Shown: positions 12,301 through 26,494, counted from the first letter of the stretch. The stretch is 64,000 bases of DNA from Macrostomum lignano (GCA_002269645.1 NIVC01000210.1:25469-89468), one strand, 5' to 3'. A program made the numbers and translations. The notes: generated from the sequence alone by a model not told the origin.

Positions 12301-13352
12301 CTTCAGGTCTGAATTTGGTGGCTACTGGTCTTCAGTCAGGCGAAACTCCTGGATTTTCAACAAGTGGCACCAGTTAACAAAGGACATCTACGAGTAGTTG
12401 GGAATTTTTACAGTGCCAATGGCCCAGCATCAACAGTAGGGATTGGTCTCTCACGAATTTATACGTCATCGTGAAGCTATCGACATCGACGTCTTCAACA
12501 CGTAGCACCGACACACTGTTGTGAATATGTCAGACTCGTTTTTATCATAGACCCTGTTGTGAACTTTAATGATATATAATACAATTTTCAATTCACCATG
12601 CGATACGAGTACCTCAGACGCAAGAAAATCTTTTAGACTGAATATTTGTTCACCAAGTGACACAGTCCATGTGGGTGTGCAACTCCTAAGTGCACACCGC
12701 TGACAAAAACCTGCGGATGAATGCCGTGCAGATTTACGCGGACGGGGCAGTACTCAAGCATCCTATTTACCAAAATTTGAGCTCATTAGATCGATGAGAC
12801 CAACAAAGACGGCGGCTTGCACCAGTGCAGTAGGATCAGTGTAGGCCGAATTGAGAGCAAAGCAAAACAGTTTATTTGTGAAAATTAATTTGAGTTGGTA
12901 CGCTAGTAATACAAAATTTGACGTTATTAAAAACAGTTAAACAGTTAAAAACAGATAAATTTGTCTGTTACTATGTCTGAATGATATTAGCAAAAGCACA
13001 TTCACATAGTTTAAAACAGTAATAATGTAAATTTATCGATAACAATATTAAAATATTATTTGTTACAATACTTCGTTCGTTATAACTAAAACACATCCAC
13101 ATTATTACAAATAGCTAGTCATAATTCATAAAATAAAACTGTTTTCTACAATCTACAATACTGGATTTGTAACAAAACACTGCTTATTTTTCACATTGAG
13201 AAACAGCTTGCAGAGATGATTCCGTCTCAAATTTTTTTCAAACGTACTTAGGCTTGAAGAGCCTAAACGATCTATGTAGAAGTACTGTTAAGTAATTTAT
13301 AACGTATGAAAATGTAAAAGTATGGCCAAGTTAAAAACCAACTGCTTCTATG

Positions 13353-14642
13353 TCACTCGCAGACAGCGTACACGTCGAACTCGTCGTCATAAACGCCGAT
13401 GAGGTCGTCAATGCCGCCGCAAGTGCCCACCATCGTGCCAACAATGGTATCGATAGCACTTTTCGCCTTGTCAATTTCTCTCCTTTGTTCGTCAGTCGGC
13501 GGAGGTCCGACATTCTCAAGGCCGAAGGTCGCTTTGGAGGCCTCTACCAGACCCCGCAGCTGGTCAAATTTGGCTCTGGCGGCTCTCTGGTCATCAGAAG
13601 CGAGCGCTGCTTGCAGGGCGGCCGCCTCCGCCCGCTTGCGAACTGCCAAAGCGGCCCAGTCGGCCTTCGGTGTGGCGGAGTTCAACAGGTCCTGAAGGCG
13701 CTTCTTCTCCATGTCGAGAAACTCAATCAGACCCACGATGAGGCTGTTCCAGGGCTGCAGTGAAGCGTTGACTCGGTCAGCCTCTGCAGTTTGTTGCTGC
13801 ACCCGATCGACCAGATTCGTACAATCGGCCTTGCGTTGAATTGATTTATTAAAGTTTGAAATATTGTATAAAAAGTGTAAATAAAGACTACTTCTGAAAT
13901 TCAAAATTGCTAACTGTTGAGTCGACGTAAAAAATTCCAGTATTTGCAGCGGCAGAATGCTCTCGTACTTGACGTTTCATGCAAAGCAAGCAGAACAGGG
14001 AATAAACGTCAAACATTCCACTAGAGGCAAATTGAAACGACTTTAATGCTGACTTTTACCTCGAACTGCATCCAATGAATGCTGAAGTGCCGGCTGCACA
14101 GCCGCCTGTCGCAGTGCCTGCACTTGACGAAGACAGGGATGGTGCACTGGCCAGCTTCGTCCTTCCACCGGCAGGTGGCGCCCTCTTGGGGTATCAGGTG
14201 AGAGGAACTGATGAGCCTCTCCATTGTGCTGTTCTGTAGCGGTTTGGTGCTAAGCTGGCTCCTGCATATTGGACAAGTGCTGGCTTCCCGAAGAAGCCGC
14301 TCGTAGCAGGGACGGCAGAGCGTGTGATGACTCGCACACACGTAGAGAGGGTCAGTGAAAGTTCCCAAACACACAGGGCATTCTAGGTCTTTGTTAGTTT
14401 CTTCACCTGATTAAGATTGGATCGAATTGTAGAATGAGAAAAATCTTTTGAAAAGCACCAATTATTCCACAATAAAACGACTAATCTTATATATTATATT
14501 ATAGCAGTGCATTGTAATACATAGTAGGGCCTTAATATAGTGCAAACCAATTTGAAAACTAACAAATCAGCATAAAAAATTTACCTGCATCGGTTTCATA
14601 TTGACTGTAACAAAGGTTCAAATATACTCTTGAATCAGCCAT
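13353..14642 (-). CDS. RING + B-box-like + coiled-coil (TRIM-like) gene 1, ~293 aa
   Basis: Exons 14642-14585 (phase 1), 14406-14060 (phase 0), 13829-13353; GT-AG sites, frame continuous. RING CPVC..FTDP..C..HH..C..C..CPIC; second Zn motif C-x8-C..CRHC..C..H..H; helical C-terminal exon. Confidence 0.8.
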
Positions 14643-15975
14643 GCCGTAATTTCTCAAACACCAACAAATTGGAGATTAAAAAGTCGTTTTCAATTTTTAA
14701 CCAAAAGTTTAAACGGCCTAAAACACTTATGTAGAAATAAAAAGCAAGCAGTCCACAGGATGTACCGTCTTTATTATTCTTGCACTTTTCAGAAGCTTTT
14801 TTTCTTTTGATAGATTGTACGTACGAGAAAATAACAAAACTCGTTTTTTAGTTTCTATTTTTAGAAGCAGATAAAATAGCTTAGTTATTAATGTTTCTTT
14901 CGCCAACTCAGTACTGTATGCATACTGCATGTAAATCCAGATTCAGTGGCTGCAATGCATTGGAAAAATAAAAGAAGCATCCTTAAGCATTTTACCACCA
15001 TATAACTTCATTGCCAAAGTAGCCTCGAGGTGGCCTCGTGTCAGCCAGCGATACGGTAATACCTGCAGTTATCGCTGAAGATGGGTTGGATAGAAAACTG
15101 TTAATGCGAAGTAGAGGCTGCGGTAAAAAAGATGCTTGAGAAGGCAGTGCGACCTTGTTGAGAATTCCGTTTCTTTTAATGCAGTGCTGTTGTCATTTAA
15201 AGATATTTTATGCATTCAGAGTACATTTTTGTGCAGCGGAGGGCAGTTGCAATAGCATCTGTTTTTATCGGAGAGGTACTTTATTTTACATCTGCCTTTT
15301 ATTCCTACAATTTACGAGCGTATTATCTTAGCCTTGAAGAAACGCTTCTCATCGTACAATCAAACTCTGTAGCTGCCACTTTTGGCTTTCTGATTTTTGG
15401 TGCTAATTACGGAGGAGCAATGCTTTTGGCTTTGCCAAAGCTAGTTCTGTTTAGCTAATCTCTCCAGTTCACGGTGGGCTCTTCTTTGAGCCTGAAGTTG
15501 AACGTAAAAAGGCTTAGTGTCAAAAATAAAAGAAGCGTGCTGTCAAACATAAGACCAATGAGTTATTGCTGAGCTGTAAGGGCTCATGGGGGAATATCTG
15601 AAATGCCGTGACTTTCAGCAACTTACGGTTAAAGATAGGGTTAAAGTTAGGATTAGGAACCCTTAGGGTTAAAAAATGAAACGATGTCAAGACTCATGAG
15701 GGAATTTCTGAAATGCTGTGGCTCGTAGGGGTTGCTCAGATGCCAAAGGTCAATTGCGAGTTGTTGGTAGGCCAAGCCAAAGGTATAGATCAACGGGAGA
15801 GTTGAGATGAAGCCATGGCCTTAAGGGAGGCTTTGAAAGCTGCTTTGATATATAGGTCGCCTTTTCTGCATTAGAAAGCATATGAGAAGCTTCTGCAAAG
15901 CTTCGCTTTTGTGAAATGAAATCAAACGATTAACATAATTTATAATTTAAATTAGACAAGATGTTTTACTTTCTA

Positions 15976-16248
15976 ATAATAATAATAATTATTGATTACA
16001 CCTGCCAGATGTGCAACCGACAGCTCAGCCGCAGCTATTGCGCGGCGCATCTGAAGGCTGAGTACGGCTGTTCAGTCCAAGGACTGGGGCAGCTAATACT
16101 GGCACCCATTTTACAGCTTGCGTGAACTGAAGCAGTGCAGAGTTTAAGTATCTTGCTCAAGGACACAAATTGTTCCAGGGGATCAGAAATGGAACCCCCG
16201 ACCTTCAGGTCGTGGGTCCGACGCTCTAACCACTAGGCTACTATACCC
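15976..16248 (-). mobile_element. SINE family 1, copy 2 (short internal deletion)
   Basis: (AAT)n tail at left; minus-strand head GTAGCCTAGTGGTTAGAGCG with A-box TAGCCTAGTGG; shared body. Confidence 0.8.
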
Positions 16249-17999
16249 TTTTTATTGAATATACTTTCAAGAAAAAAGAATATTTAATATCTATTTTTGT
16301 ATTCTCCACCAGCCTTTATTCTCCACTAGATTTACTTGATCTTGATGGAACTTGATCTGGATACTGCAGTTGACACCCATGCAGCTTTACATGTACAGCC
16401 AGAATTGTAACGAAAATGTTGCAAATTTTTGTAAGATTTATTTGTTTCCAGTTTAAAGCTATAGGCTCGGTTCATTATTTGAATTCAGATTCAGATCCGG
16501 TTGTGAAACTCAAATAAGAAATCTACATGTGGCAGCTGCTTTACTTGTGAGAGTTTGCATTCGGCATCGTGTTGGTGCGACAGGCAAACGTTTATATTAG
16601 CAACTGCTAACCCTGCTATTTAACACCGATCCAGACGGGCTAACTAAAATTTTTCCCAGCACGCTCAGTTTTTTTGTGGATGCTGCAAAATGGAGGTTCT
16701 ATCCTATATTGAGTTTCGATGGGGAGGCGGCTTGCTGAGATACCAAGGGCCAATTGGTATTTGTTGTTAGGTCAAGCATAAAGGGAGAGTTATAGGGGAG
16801 GGGCAAAGGGAGTCTTTGATGGCAAAGCTCGCGTGGGTGATGCTTTATTGCCCAAAGCATCATTTCCCTAAAATACTAACAATAGCGACTGTACAAGATC
16901 ATGGGGAAACTTCTAAAATTCTAAAATCCATTCTTTGTTGCCTCATCAATATAAGCGCTGATTGCTAGTATATCTTTCTAATAATTAGCAAGGCCATGCA
17001 AAGCTCAATTTAAAGATTTTAATGATCAAAAGAACCAGTTTTTGTCATGTCTAAATTATCTGTTACGAATATTGTGAAATATCTGCCCTGTCTTAACAGA
17101 AAGGAGACAGAAAAACTAATAATGGTGCTACTTTCGCAGATCCTTGTAAGTAGTATGATAGATATCACTACATTTACGCATCCAAAGCATTAAACTTGAA
17201 AGTGGAGCAAATCTTCATTGTCCAGTCAGAGGAAAAAATAGAAGAGGTCAGAGGTGAGAGATGCATTTAAAAGAGGTAAGAGAGAGAGAAGAGAGACCGA
17301 ATGAAATTTATATGCAACATTCAGCTTTTATGATTAGTTTATAATTTATAGTTTCACTAAATTAAGAGTTGACGTCACCAAGAACTGATACTGATACCTG
17401 CAATAATTTTGCGATTTCAGGGCCGGTTTTACTGGCTCTGTAATCGGTTTTAGTGACCGGGGCCGGTGCCTCTGCCAAAGCTCATAGAGGTGAGGTTTGG
17501 GTGGGGGTGAGGGTGCGGTGTGTGCAGTGTGCGTTGTGTGGGGTGGTGGGGGTTGGGGTCACGCTGGCCCTTTTATTCGCGCCTTCTGCCCCTCAGTGTT
17601 GGCATGCTTGGCTAAATCTTTTTTCTGTGTGCTTGCCTTTGCATTTATCCTCTGCTTTTATCCCTCTGATTTTACCCGTTTGCTTGTACGAGCTAACACG
17701 TTGATTTCGAGTCAAATACACTCGCTTCGCTGGGTTCGTTTCGCCCGCTTTTTCGTCTTCTCCTTGTTCCTTTCGGCCCGGTTGGCTAAATTTTATCTTT
17801 TCACACCTTGACTGTTTTCATCTATCTACGAGCGTACTATCGTAGTATCTGAGAATAATCTAATCAAAAAGACGAAACATATACATGTAGGAAAAATAGG
17901 CAATGCACGAGGTTAAGACAAGCATATGTAGTTTCTTTGTCACATGTGAAAACTGCTTTCCATGCGCACACTTACGCTTCTTTTTTCGTCCAGTGTTGC

Positions 18000-19560
18000 C
18001 TAAACGAATCTTAAAACAGAAACGATGCCCCGGTATGACCACAGCAGCGCCCTCAACGCGTCCTTGAAGCCGTAGCCGTCCTGCAGGTGCGTCTACAGGC
18101 CGACGACTTTCAGTAATGGTTGAAGCGCTCGAATGCAGCGTTGCCTTGCGGGTGGTAGTGCCGCGACTGGCGGTGCTGGGTGCCGCAGCGCTGGAGGAAG
18201 TTTTTGAAATCATCGGGCATGAACTGCGACCCGCCGTCCGTGCTGATGCTCTTTGGGAGTCCCCAGCGGCTGAACCACGTCGTTGGGGCGTTGATCACAT
18301 CAGCTGTGGTCCCTGGGGACATGCAGGCTGCTTCTGGCCACTTCGAATGCGGGTCGTACAGCACCAGAATGAAGCGACATGAGTTCGGCGCCGAATGCAG
18401 CTCCCCGAAGATGTCGAGCTGAAGCTCCTCCCAAGGTCGCGTCGGCCACTTCGTCGGAGTCATCAGCCAGCACCGTTTTGGATGTCTTGAAGTTTTTCTC
18501 GCTGAGCAGGCAGGCCTCGCAGTGCCGCACGAACTCCTCGATTTGGCTGTCGATCTGCAGCCACCAGACCGAGTCCCCGCAGTGCTGCTTCATTCTGCTC
18601 ACTCCGAGGTGCTCAAAGTGGGCCAGCTGCAACGTCGTCTTTCTCAACAACGCGGGGATCACCGCGCGCAACCCATTCGCCAGGCACTTGCCTTCGTTCC
18701 AGACTGTGAGCTGCTCCTTGATCCGCCAGAACGGCTGCAGCTCCGGCCTAAAGCTGCTTGATGGAACTCGGCCAGCCCTCAAGCGTCATCTCGATCGCCT
18801 GGCTGATCACCGGGTCCTGTAGAGATGCCTCAGCCAGTTCGCTTGGGCTCACGATCTGCAGCGCGCCAGACCGCAGGACGGCGTTCACCTGGAGCTTCGC
18901 TGGGTCCTCCTCGCTGCTGTCGTTGCGCGCGCCGTGTTGCGACAAAAAGTCCGGAACGGTGTTCTTTTCCCCGGAACGTGGCAGACCTGGAAGTCGTACG
19001 CGTGCAGGCGGTCGGCCCACCGGTGCAGTCTTAATGGCAGGTGCCCGCTGCCCTGAGCCGTCAGCGACGTAGTCTGCGCTTGATGGTCCGTGTGCGACTC
19101 AAATCTCCGGCCGAACAGGAAATAGTGCCACCTCTCATAACTCTCATGCCTCTCGCATGCCAATGCCTCTCTTTCAGACGCGGAGTCGCTGACAGGGTTC
19201 GGGATGCAAACGCAACTGGTCTCCGGACGCCGGCGCAGTCTTCTTGAAGCAAAACTGAGGTCATTGCAGATTCGGATCTTACCGTCAGGATTTGGGACGA
19301 CCACCAGATTCGAGATCCACTCGGATGCCTGGATCTCCACGACGATCCTGTTGAGAGCCCCGTCCTCCAGAGCGACGCCTACAGCTGAACCCTGTTGGGA
19401 AGCTGCGACCCCCAGGTCCCCAGTAGAGCTCCCGTCCCGTGTCCCAGGGAGACGCAGGAAAATGACAGAGCAGAACTCACGAGCTTCCGTGAAAAAGCCG
19501 ATGCAGTTCGCACTTTGCTATGGTAGACAAGTAAGTTTGTTTTGAAGTAGCCAACGATAG
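18000..19560 (-). mobile_element. Degenerate, internally deleted Ty3/Gypsy pol fragment
   Basis: Frameshifted pieces in order: RT start (SEWISNLVVVPNPDGKIRICND), RNase H (VAFASRTLS, EREALA, FESHTDHQ, RWADRL), integrase H2C2 (AHFEHLG..CEAC), integrase core (PWEELQLDIFG, ISTDGGSQF, HPQGNAAFERFN). No LTR pair recognised. Confidence 0.9.
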
Positions 19561-19670
19561 GACCAAGAAAACGCAAGGCCGCGGCTGCCCACTAGACAGC
19601 AAATTTATTATATTATATTAACTGATATATAATATATATAATATATTATTAATTAATAATAATATATTAT

Positions 19671-19715
19671 TAATAAATAAGCTCCATAATAATATATTAT
19701 GGAGCTTATTTATTA
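19671..19715. repeat. Perfect 20-bp hairpin with 5-nt loop in an AT-rich tract
   Basis: TAATAAATAAGCTCCATAAT-aatat-ATTATGGAGCTTATTTATTA. Confidence 0.8.
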
Positions 19716-21093
19716 TATCAGTTATATCAGTTATAATATATACTTTCTTTATAATATTATAATATATATATATAAGTTATAATATATTTAAGGTACTTTC
19801 TAATGTATTTAAAAAGGTAAACTAACTCAGCTAGAGGCTGGATGTTTTTAAAGTATCTCACAGTTAAAAATATAAATTTCGGCACCCTTCTCTACTGCAA
19901 GTCGTCTCCGCTGCACATACATAAACTCTTACTCTTCTTGAACTTTTAAATTTGTCATTTATTCTTACCATTTTGCATCTTTGTCTTGATGAGATGATTT
20001 CACCTTACATCATCTAGCCTCTACAAGAGTTATTTTACCTTTTTAAATTTCATTACAAATTTCGGAGAACTGCCTTTGGTTGCGCGTGTGCAGTGTTTGC
20101 TTTTGCTAGTTCTCCTAGTCCTAGCTAATGCCTCTTAGCTAAAATGGGCTTTTCTCTGAGCCTGAAGGTAAACGGAGGGAGCTAGTTAATAAACAAGCTG
20201 TATCACTTTGTACGCCTGCTCACTCTTACGCTTTATACTGGGCCTCTTCATCTCCACGCTGCATCCGTCTTTTCAGGGCTACTCTAAGACAGATTGAGTT
20301 CAACAAAGTTCAACATTGTTTAAGAAAAATGGTTAATGCCTACACAGCCTGGGGATCATCGTTTTACGCACAGACTTTCAAATCAAGAGAAGAGTACGAG
20401 TGCTCTTACAAGCAGACATTTAGTTCGTATTTAGTCTTGCAGTCCATCTTATAGCTACGCTTTTTAGAAACACAGAATCGAAGGCAGAATAGATAGAAAA
20501 AGACAAATAGTGGTTGGTACTTTTGCATATCCTTGTAAGTAGCATGATAGATGCTTTCTCTGGGTTTCGTAGTAGATTTGCTCACGTATGCGTGAGGAAA
20601 ATGTTTTGTATTTATATTTTAGAATTTTAAACGTACTAAAAGTGGAATATTCAATCATATATTTCAGCAGTATAGTTAAAATATGGAAGAGCAGGGCAGC
20701 TATTGAAACAGTGAACTACACTGGAATAAATAATTTACGGGTTTATAATAAGTGTTTTATATGCATAAATTAGTTTTACCTGTGTGCAGTTGCAGCTACA
20801 CTCATACAAAAACTAGCTACTTAGGAAGTTTACAAGTTAAAATTTTATTTGCTTCAAAAAGTGAGCTTGAGTTTAGGAACTGAGGAGCCTTTTGCGTTTC
20901 TAAATATCATTGAAGTCATTGTGGAAATAACAGACAAACTGCTAAATGGTGCTGGGGTTAGTGATAGTGAAGAAAAAATCTACATTCTTCAAACTCCGAC
21001 TTCATCGGGAATGCTGTAAGTTGTATGTCCTGAGTTAACTTTTTGCTTTTTTGTCATGGCTTTGAGACATAGCAATTGTTTGCTGCAAAAAGA

Positions 21094-21730
21094 TTATTCT
21101 GGAATGCCACCGCAAGTTCTAGTTGCAGTGTCGATTACGGTGTCCAGCTTTGATTTACAAGCTTCAATTTCCTTTTTCTGCTCACTGGTTTGAGGCAACC
21201 CGAAAGCTTTCGATTCCAGCTTGGGCGCTTCAGCAGTAGCAGCTTTCAGCCGGTCTGCGATGGCTTTGGCTTCCTGCATTTGGAAAGATTGAAGGGATTT
21301 TTGCAGGCCCTCCGTCTCAGCCCCTCGGGAAGACCCAGCAGCTGCCTGCTCCAGCCTCTGCTCTGTGGTTCTCAGCAGCTTCTCCAGGTGCTCTTTTTTC
21401 TTACCGATAAATTCGATAAGATTTTTTGATTTGAGCTTTCCAAGGCTGCAGTGTAGCGCTGACTTGTGCGCATTCCTTTGCGTCCTTCTCCACTGTGTTC
21501 AACAGGTTCAGGCATTCAGTCTAAAATATAAGCGTTCCGTCTTATTAATTTGAATTCGAATAAATCTTAAATACTTCAGGTTCCATTACCTGAAACTTCG
21601 ATCGATGATCGCTGAAGTGCACATCACAAAGATTCTTGTCGCAGTGACCGCACTTGACGAGGATCGAGTAGGAGCATTGGCTTTCGCCTTCGCCTGCGCT
21701 AAAATAAGTGCCTGCGGCGCTAAAGTCAGT
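21094..21730 (-). pseudogene. TRIM-like gene 2 pseudogene (RING deleted, frameshift and stop in coiled-coil exon)
   Basis: Retains B-box part (ILVKCGHCDKNLCDVHFSDHRSKFQ|gtaatg) and a coiled-coil exon similar to 26913-27518 (TECLNLLNTVEKDAKECAQVSATLQPWKAQ), disrupted near 21420; upstream flank joins directly to post-RING sequence. Confidence 0.8.
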
Positions 21731-22039
21731 GCTAAAGTTTGATGGGGCTTGGAGTTCTTAGTTCAAAAACCAGTTTCACGCGAGCTCGCATAGATTTATT
21801 TTTATGTTTTAAAACTCCCTCCCCAGATGCAGTGAATTCTAAGCAAAAAAGGAAATAAAAAGCGCACTTAAAGCATTTCACCACCTTTTAACTTCATTGG
21901 CAAGAACATATTGGATTTTCACTTATTTGCAGACAGTTTCAGATAATAAAGCCTGCAGGAGTATCTTAGCTACCTTTGGGAAGTGACGTTGTGCAAGCTG
22001 ATGATACCGTTTTGTCTTTGTTGTCGCGGTGACCAGATG

Positions 22040-22380
22040 GTTTACTTGCCAGAAAGCTTTAGTGCGAAGCAGAGCTGGAACTCACTGGAACTCCGCCCCT
22101 TGAGTGCCATACTGCGCCGGCGCCGCCAGATGCTGCTGGGCCACTGCCTACGGACCCTGGGTCGCGGCACGCCCGTCCCTCTGGCCCTGACCATGCTGCA
22201 CCGGCCGACCGAGCAATTGCGCCGTGGCCAGGCTCGCACTGCCACCTAACGAACTGCCTCATCGCTGACTTGCAGGCGCTTGAGCTGACCCCTCAGGCTG
22301 CTGCTGCCTGCCCCTCCCGCCTGTTCTGCGAACGCGTGCGCGCAAGGACCTCCCCTCTGCGTCTTATTATATATATACTC
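22040..22380 (+). mobile_element. 3' fragment of a non-LTR retrotransposon (RTE-like RT C-terminus)
   Basis: LSAILRRRRQMLLGHCLR...RPTEQLRRGQARTAT resembles the RTE-type post-RT tail; ends in a TA-rich tail; diverged second copy at ~22960-23215. Confidence 0.6.
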
Positions 22381-22959
22381 GTATATTTACCGCAGCCTAA
22401 TTCCGCTGCGCCTTAAATGTTTTCTTCAAAATAACCCAGCTATTCCCCGCAACAACTTGGGCTGCAGACAAAAACCATATGATTGGCTTGCACAACGCCA
22501 TTTCTTAAAGGTAATTAAAACACTTCTACGAGCTGTATTAAATACAATCAGTTAGCTTTGTCTGCCAGTTAATGACATTACATTATGCTCTTGGTGAGTA
22601 AGTAAAGAGGTGGTGAAATTCTCAAGGTGCCATTCCTTTATTCCTTCTGCATCTCCATGTATTGTTGCCTAAACGAATGGAGTTTAATTTGAGTTTAAAC
22701 TCCCTTCGAAATTTAGTTTTTACGCATGTAAATTTGCTTGAAACGGACTTCGACCCTAGAACTCAAAGCCCTTCCCAACTTTCATCTACAACACACTCAC
22801 CCCTACTACTACTGGCCCCACTATGTTTTTCTGACCAATCACGTTACTGTTCGACAGGTGGCATCACTTGATTGCTTGGCGAGGAGGTCGAAGACAGCTC
22901 ATACTCATATCGAAGAATATTTTATGTATCCTGTCAAGCATTTAATGTGTGCCACCTAG

Positions 22960-23215
22960 CTTAGATGGGCCTCCTACCCCCGCAATGGACGCCCAAACAG
23001 TACTAGCAGCCCACTGAGCGCCTGCGCCGTGGCCAAGGCCGAACTGTGACGCTAAATGATACGTTTCTGACTGACTTACAGGCCATCGGACTCAGCCCCC
23101 AGTCCGCCATGACTTGCCCTTATCGGTTGTTCTGCGAACGCGTCCTTGCAAAGACTAGCTAGATGTCTTTTTGTCTGTGCTTCTCTCTGCATCGCTATAT
23201 ATATACGAGTATATA
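22960..23215 (+). mobile_element. Second, diverged LINE 3' fragment
   Basis: CCCACTGAGCGCCTGCGCCGTGGCCAAGGCCGAACT and TGTTCTGCGAACGCGT match the 22200-22345 segment; TA tail. Confidence 0.55.
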
Positions 23216-23460
23216 CCTAGCTTAGATACGAGATAATTTGTGTCTCCAGGGTTTCTGTTTACCGGCTCGGTCCCTCTTTAGGAACTGGACTCGCTTTAGC
23301 ACCGCTCAATAATACTCATCATCTACGTCTTTTTCCGTTTCTACTCGTACGTAGTAACGTAGTATATTTTAAAGTAGAAACATGGATTCTAAATATCATT
23401 ATTAGAATGTTAGAATGATACTAGAATGTTATTCGACAGATAAACCCTGAAATTTTAGAT

Positions 23461-24230
23461 ATGAGCTCAAGAGACGACGAAGACCTGAAGTGCCCGGTGT
23501 GCAAATACATCTTTACTGATCCGTGCTTCATGTGCCCAAACCACTACACTCTGTGCCGCAAATGTCACAAACGCGTTTTGGAGATGTCCCTTTTTGGACC
23601 CGCAAAGTGTCCGGTGTGCCGAAAGATGCTTTCCACACCAACAGAGCACGCCTCCATGGCCAGGATCGTCAAAAAATCCAACTCAAAACCGCCGCCCAGC
23701 GCCACCTACCAGGTACGCGAACAGAGATCCCGGTGCTTCAACTCAGTCTTTGTCAAGTGCGGCCACTGCGACCTGAATGTTTCCAATCTGCACTTCGTTG
23801 AAAATCGGATGCAGTTTCAGGTCATTTAAGCTTAAGTATTTAGCAGGTATTAACTCGAAAACACATAATACGGAACGCTTGCCTTGCCAGACTGAATGCG
23901 AGAACTTGTTAAAATCTGTGGGGAATGACGCGAAGTAATGCGACAAAGTCAGCGCTAAACTGCAGCCTTAGAAAGCTCAGATCACTAACCTTAGCAAATT
24001 TATCGATCTAGAAAAAAGCGCTTAGAGCAGCTCTAGAGAACCACAGAGCAGAGGCTGGAGCAGGCAGCGGCTGGGTCCTCCCGCCGAGCTGAGGCAGACA
24101 GCCTCAGCGCCGAAGCTGGAGTCGCAAGATTTCGGACCGCCTCCAACCGATGAGCAGAAGAATGAAATCGAAGCTTGCAAAGCAAGGCTGGTCTCCATAA
24201 TCGGGACTGCAACACGAACTTTGGGTGGTG
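23461..24230 (+). pseudogene. TRIM-like gene 3 pseudogene
   Basis: Intact RING/B-box exon 23461-23820, intron 23821-23890; coiled-coil exon from 23891 has TAA at 23936-23938, further stops and an internal deletion relative to gene 4. Confidence 0.85.
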
Positions 24231-26494
24231 TCAAAGAACAATTTCAATCACCGCGTCGCAGCAAAACAGCCAGATATTCTGGACCACATACAACATTTAT
24301 GACGGAGTCGGAATGTAAATGCGATGGATGCCGTAGATCCCGTAGATTAGGTTTTAGTTCCCCAGTGCCACCAATGTTTGAACTACTTTTATTTTTAGAA
24401 GCTTTTGAAAGCTTTCTTTTTAGAAGAAATTCGAAATAATTTGAACTGAACAAATTCATGGCATGTAGAGGAGCACCAGGCTCCTCAGTTTCTAAACTGA
24501 AGTGGAATTTTCAATCCAAGTAGCTAGTTTTTATAACCATTGTAACTGCACCGAATTACGAAGCATCTACGAGCTATGCATATGTAACCATTATGGCCCA
24601 ACTTTCAAGTTAAATGCGCTGGCTGCATAAATGCAACAATAGTTTTATACTACTTACAAGAATCCGCGAAAGTAGTACCAACTATTTGTCTTTATCTGTC
24701 TCCTTTCTGTCCAATACAAAGCAGATATTTCACAATCCTTCGTAACAGATATTTTTAGACATGGCAGAAAGAAAATGTGTGCTACGAATGCTTTTTATCA
24801 ACACTCCTTACTATTTTGCCTATCTACGAGTATTAGTATAGAAGATTAGTAGATTTGGATGGATAAAAATTCAAGCCTGTAGATCCGCAAGGCCACCTCT
24901 CCGGCGCTTTTGCGTTTCTAAAAAGCGTAGCCACAAGATGGACAGACAAAGAGACAAAGTGTTTGCCAATTTCTACCGGCAGGAGTGCTCTTACAAGCAA
25001 AATTCTCTGGATTCAATCAGTCTCTACATGTATTTGAAACGATGCTCGACAAGGCTGGAGGCATTGAACACATTGTTGCTAAACTTGTCTTTTTCTAAGA
25101 CTGGTTTTATTTAGTCTGGCTGACATGAAATAATTGATCGTTTTCGTTGAACTTAACCTGTAATGGAGTAACCCTGAAGGTAAAGATGCAGAGGGAATAT
25201 GAGGAGGTGTACGGACAGATGCAGCTCGAATATATTGACTAACCCCACCGCTTAACTTTAGGCTTCGAGAGGAGCCCACCCTAAAGTTGAGAAATTAGCT
25301 AAGAGAAATACAATAGCTAGCTAAACCAAACACAAGCACAACCAAAGCCAGTGCTCCACTGTAATTTGTACTCGAAAAGTTGAGAATGTGATAAATATCT
25401 GTTTCAGGCTGTAAGATAACAAATTGGCTCTTCAAGGCTAAGATTCCGAAATGAAAATTATAAAAGAAAGATGTAAAATAAGGTACCTCACAGATAAAAT
25501 AAGTATTTCATCACACTTCTGAGCTGCAAACTCGTCTCTGCTGTACATACATGCACATGAACTCTGAATGCATAAAATAGTTTGAAGCGACAATAGCAAT
25601 ACTGGACGCAGAATTGGAATTCTAAACAGGGCTGCACCACTTTCTCAGGCATTTTATTTACCGCAGCCTCTGCTTCGCACTACGTAAAGCTTTCTAGCAA
25701 ATAACCCATCTGGTCTTCGCGACAACTTGTGCCGCAGAAAAAAACGGTATCATCAGCTTACACAACGTCACTTCCCAAAGGTAGCTAAGACACTCCTGCA
25801 GGCTGTATTATCTGAAATTTTGTCTGCAATTAAGTGAAAGTACAGTATGTTCTTGCCAATGAAGTTAAAAGGTGGTGAAATGCTTTTAGTGCGCTTTTTA
25901 TTTCATTTATTTCATAGAATTCACTGCATCTGTGAGGGGAGTTTTAAAGATTAAAATATTTTTTATGTAGCTCGTATGCGGGCCAGCGTGAAACTGATTT
26001 CGACCTGAGAACTCCAAGCCCCATTATACTTTTGCACCAGATTAACCTCTACAGCAACTCCAACTTCAACCTTAGATTAAACCGATTGATGCGTGACGGT
26101 TTTTTCTTTCTATGAGTATCCCCCAATTAGTTATTTTTCACCTTTACTGAGACATGCTTTCATTGCTGACCCCACTAAGTTTTTCTGATCAATCCTGGTA
26201 CCTTCCGGTAGATGTCTATCACTTGGTTGCTTGGCGGCGAGGTCAAGAATACCTCAAGACCATTTATATCGCGTGCCACGCACGTACTTTGTGCCACCAA
26301 ACTCAGAGAACACAGTGCTGCCAGCGTTTTTATCAACTGTCTTGGTAATTGCTTCTCTTGCTTCTCCAGACCACTCAGTAATCTTCATCTTTTTCTTTTA
26401 TCGTTTCAACATTCCAATAGTGTATGAATATTTTATAAATTGTTAAGAGGGACATAAAATTGCTGTTTATCAGCTAAATCATTAAGTTTTAGAT

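Noticed and set aside
12400-12860. Possible decayed coding or transposon fragment
   Set aside because: Multiple stops and no family could be recognised.
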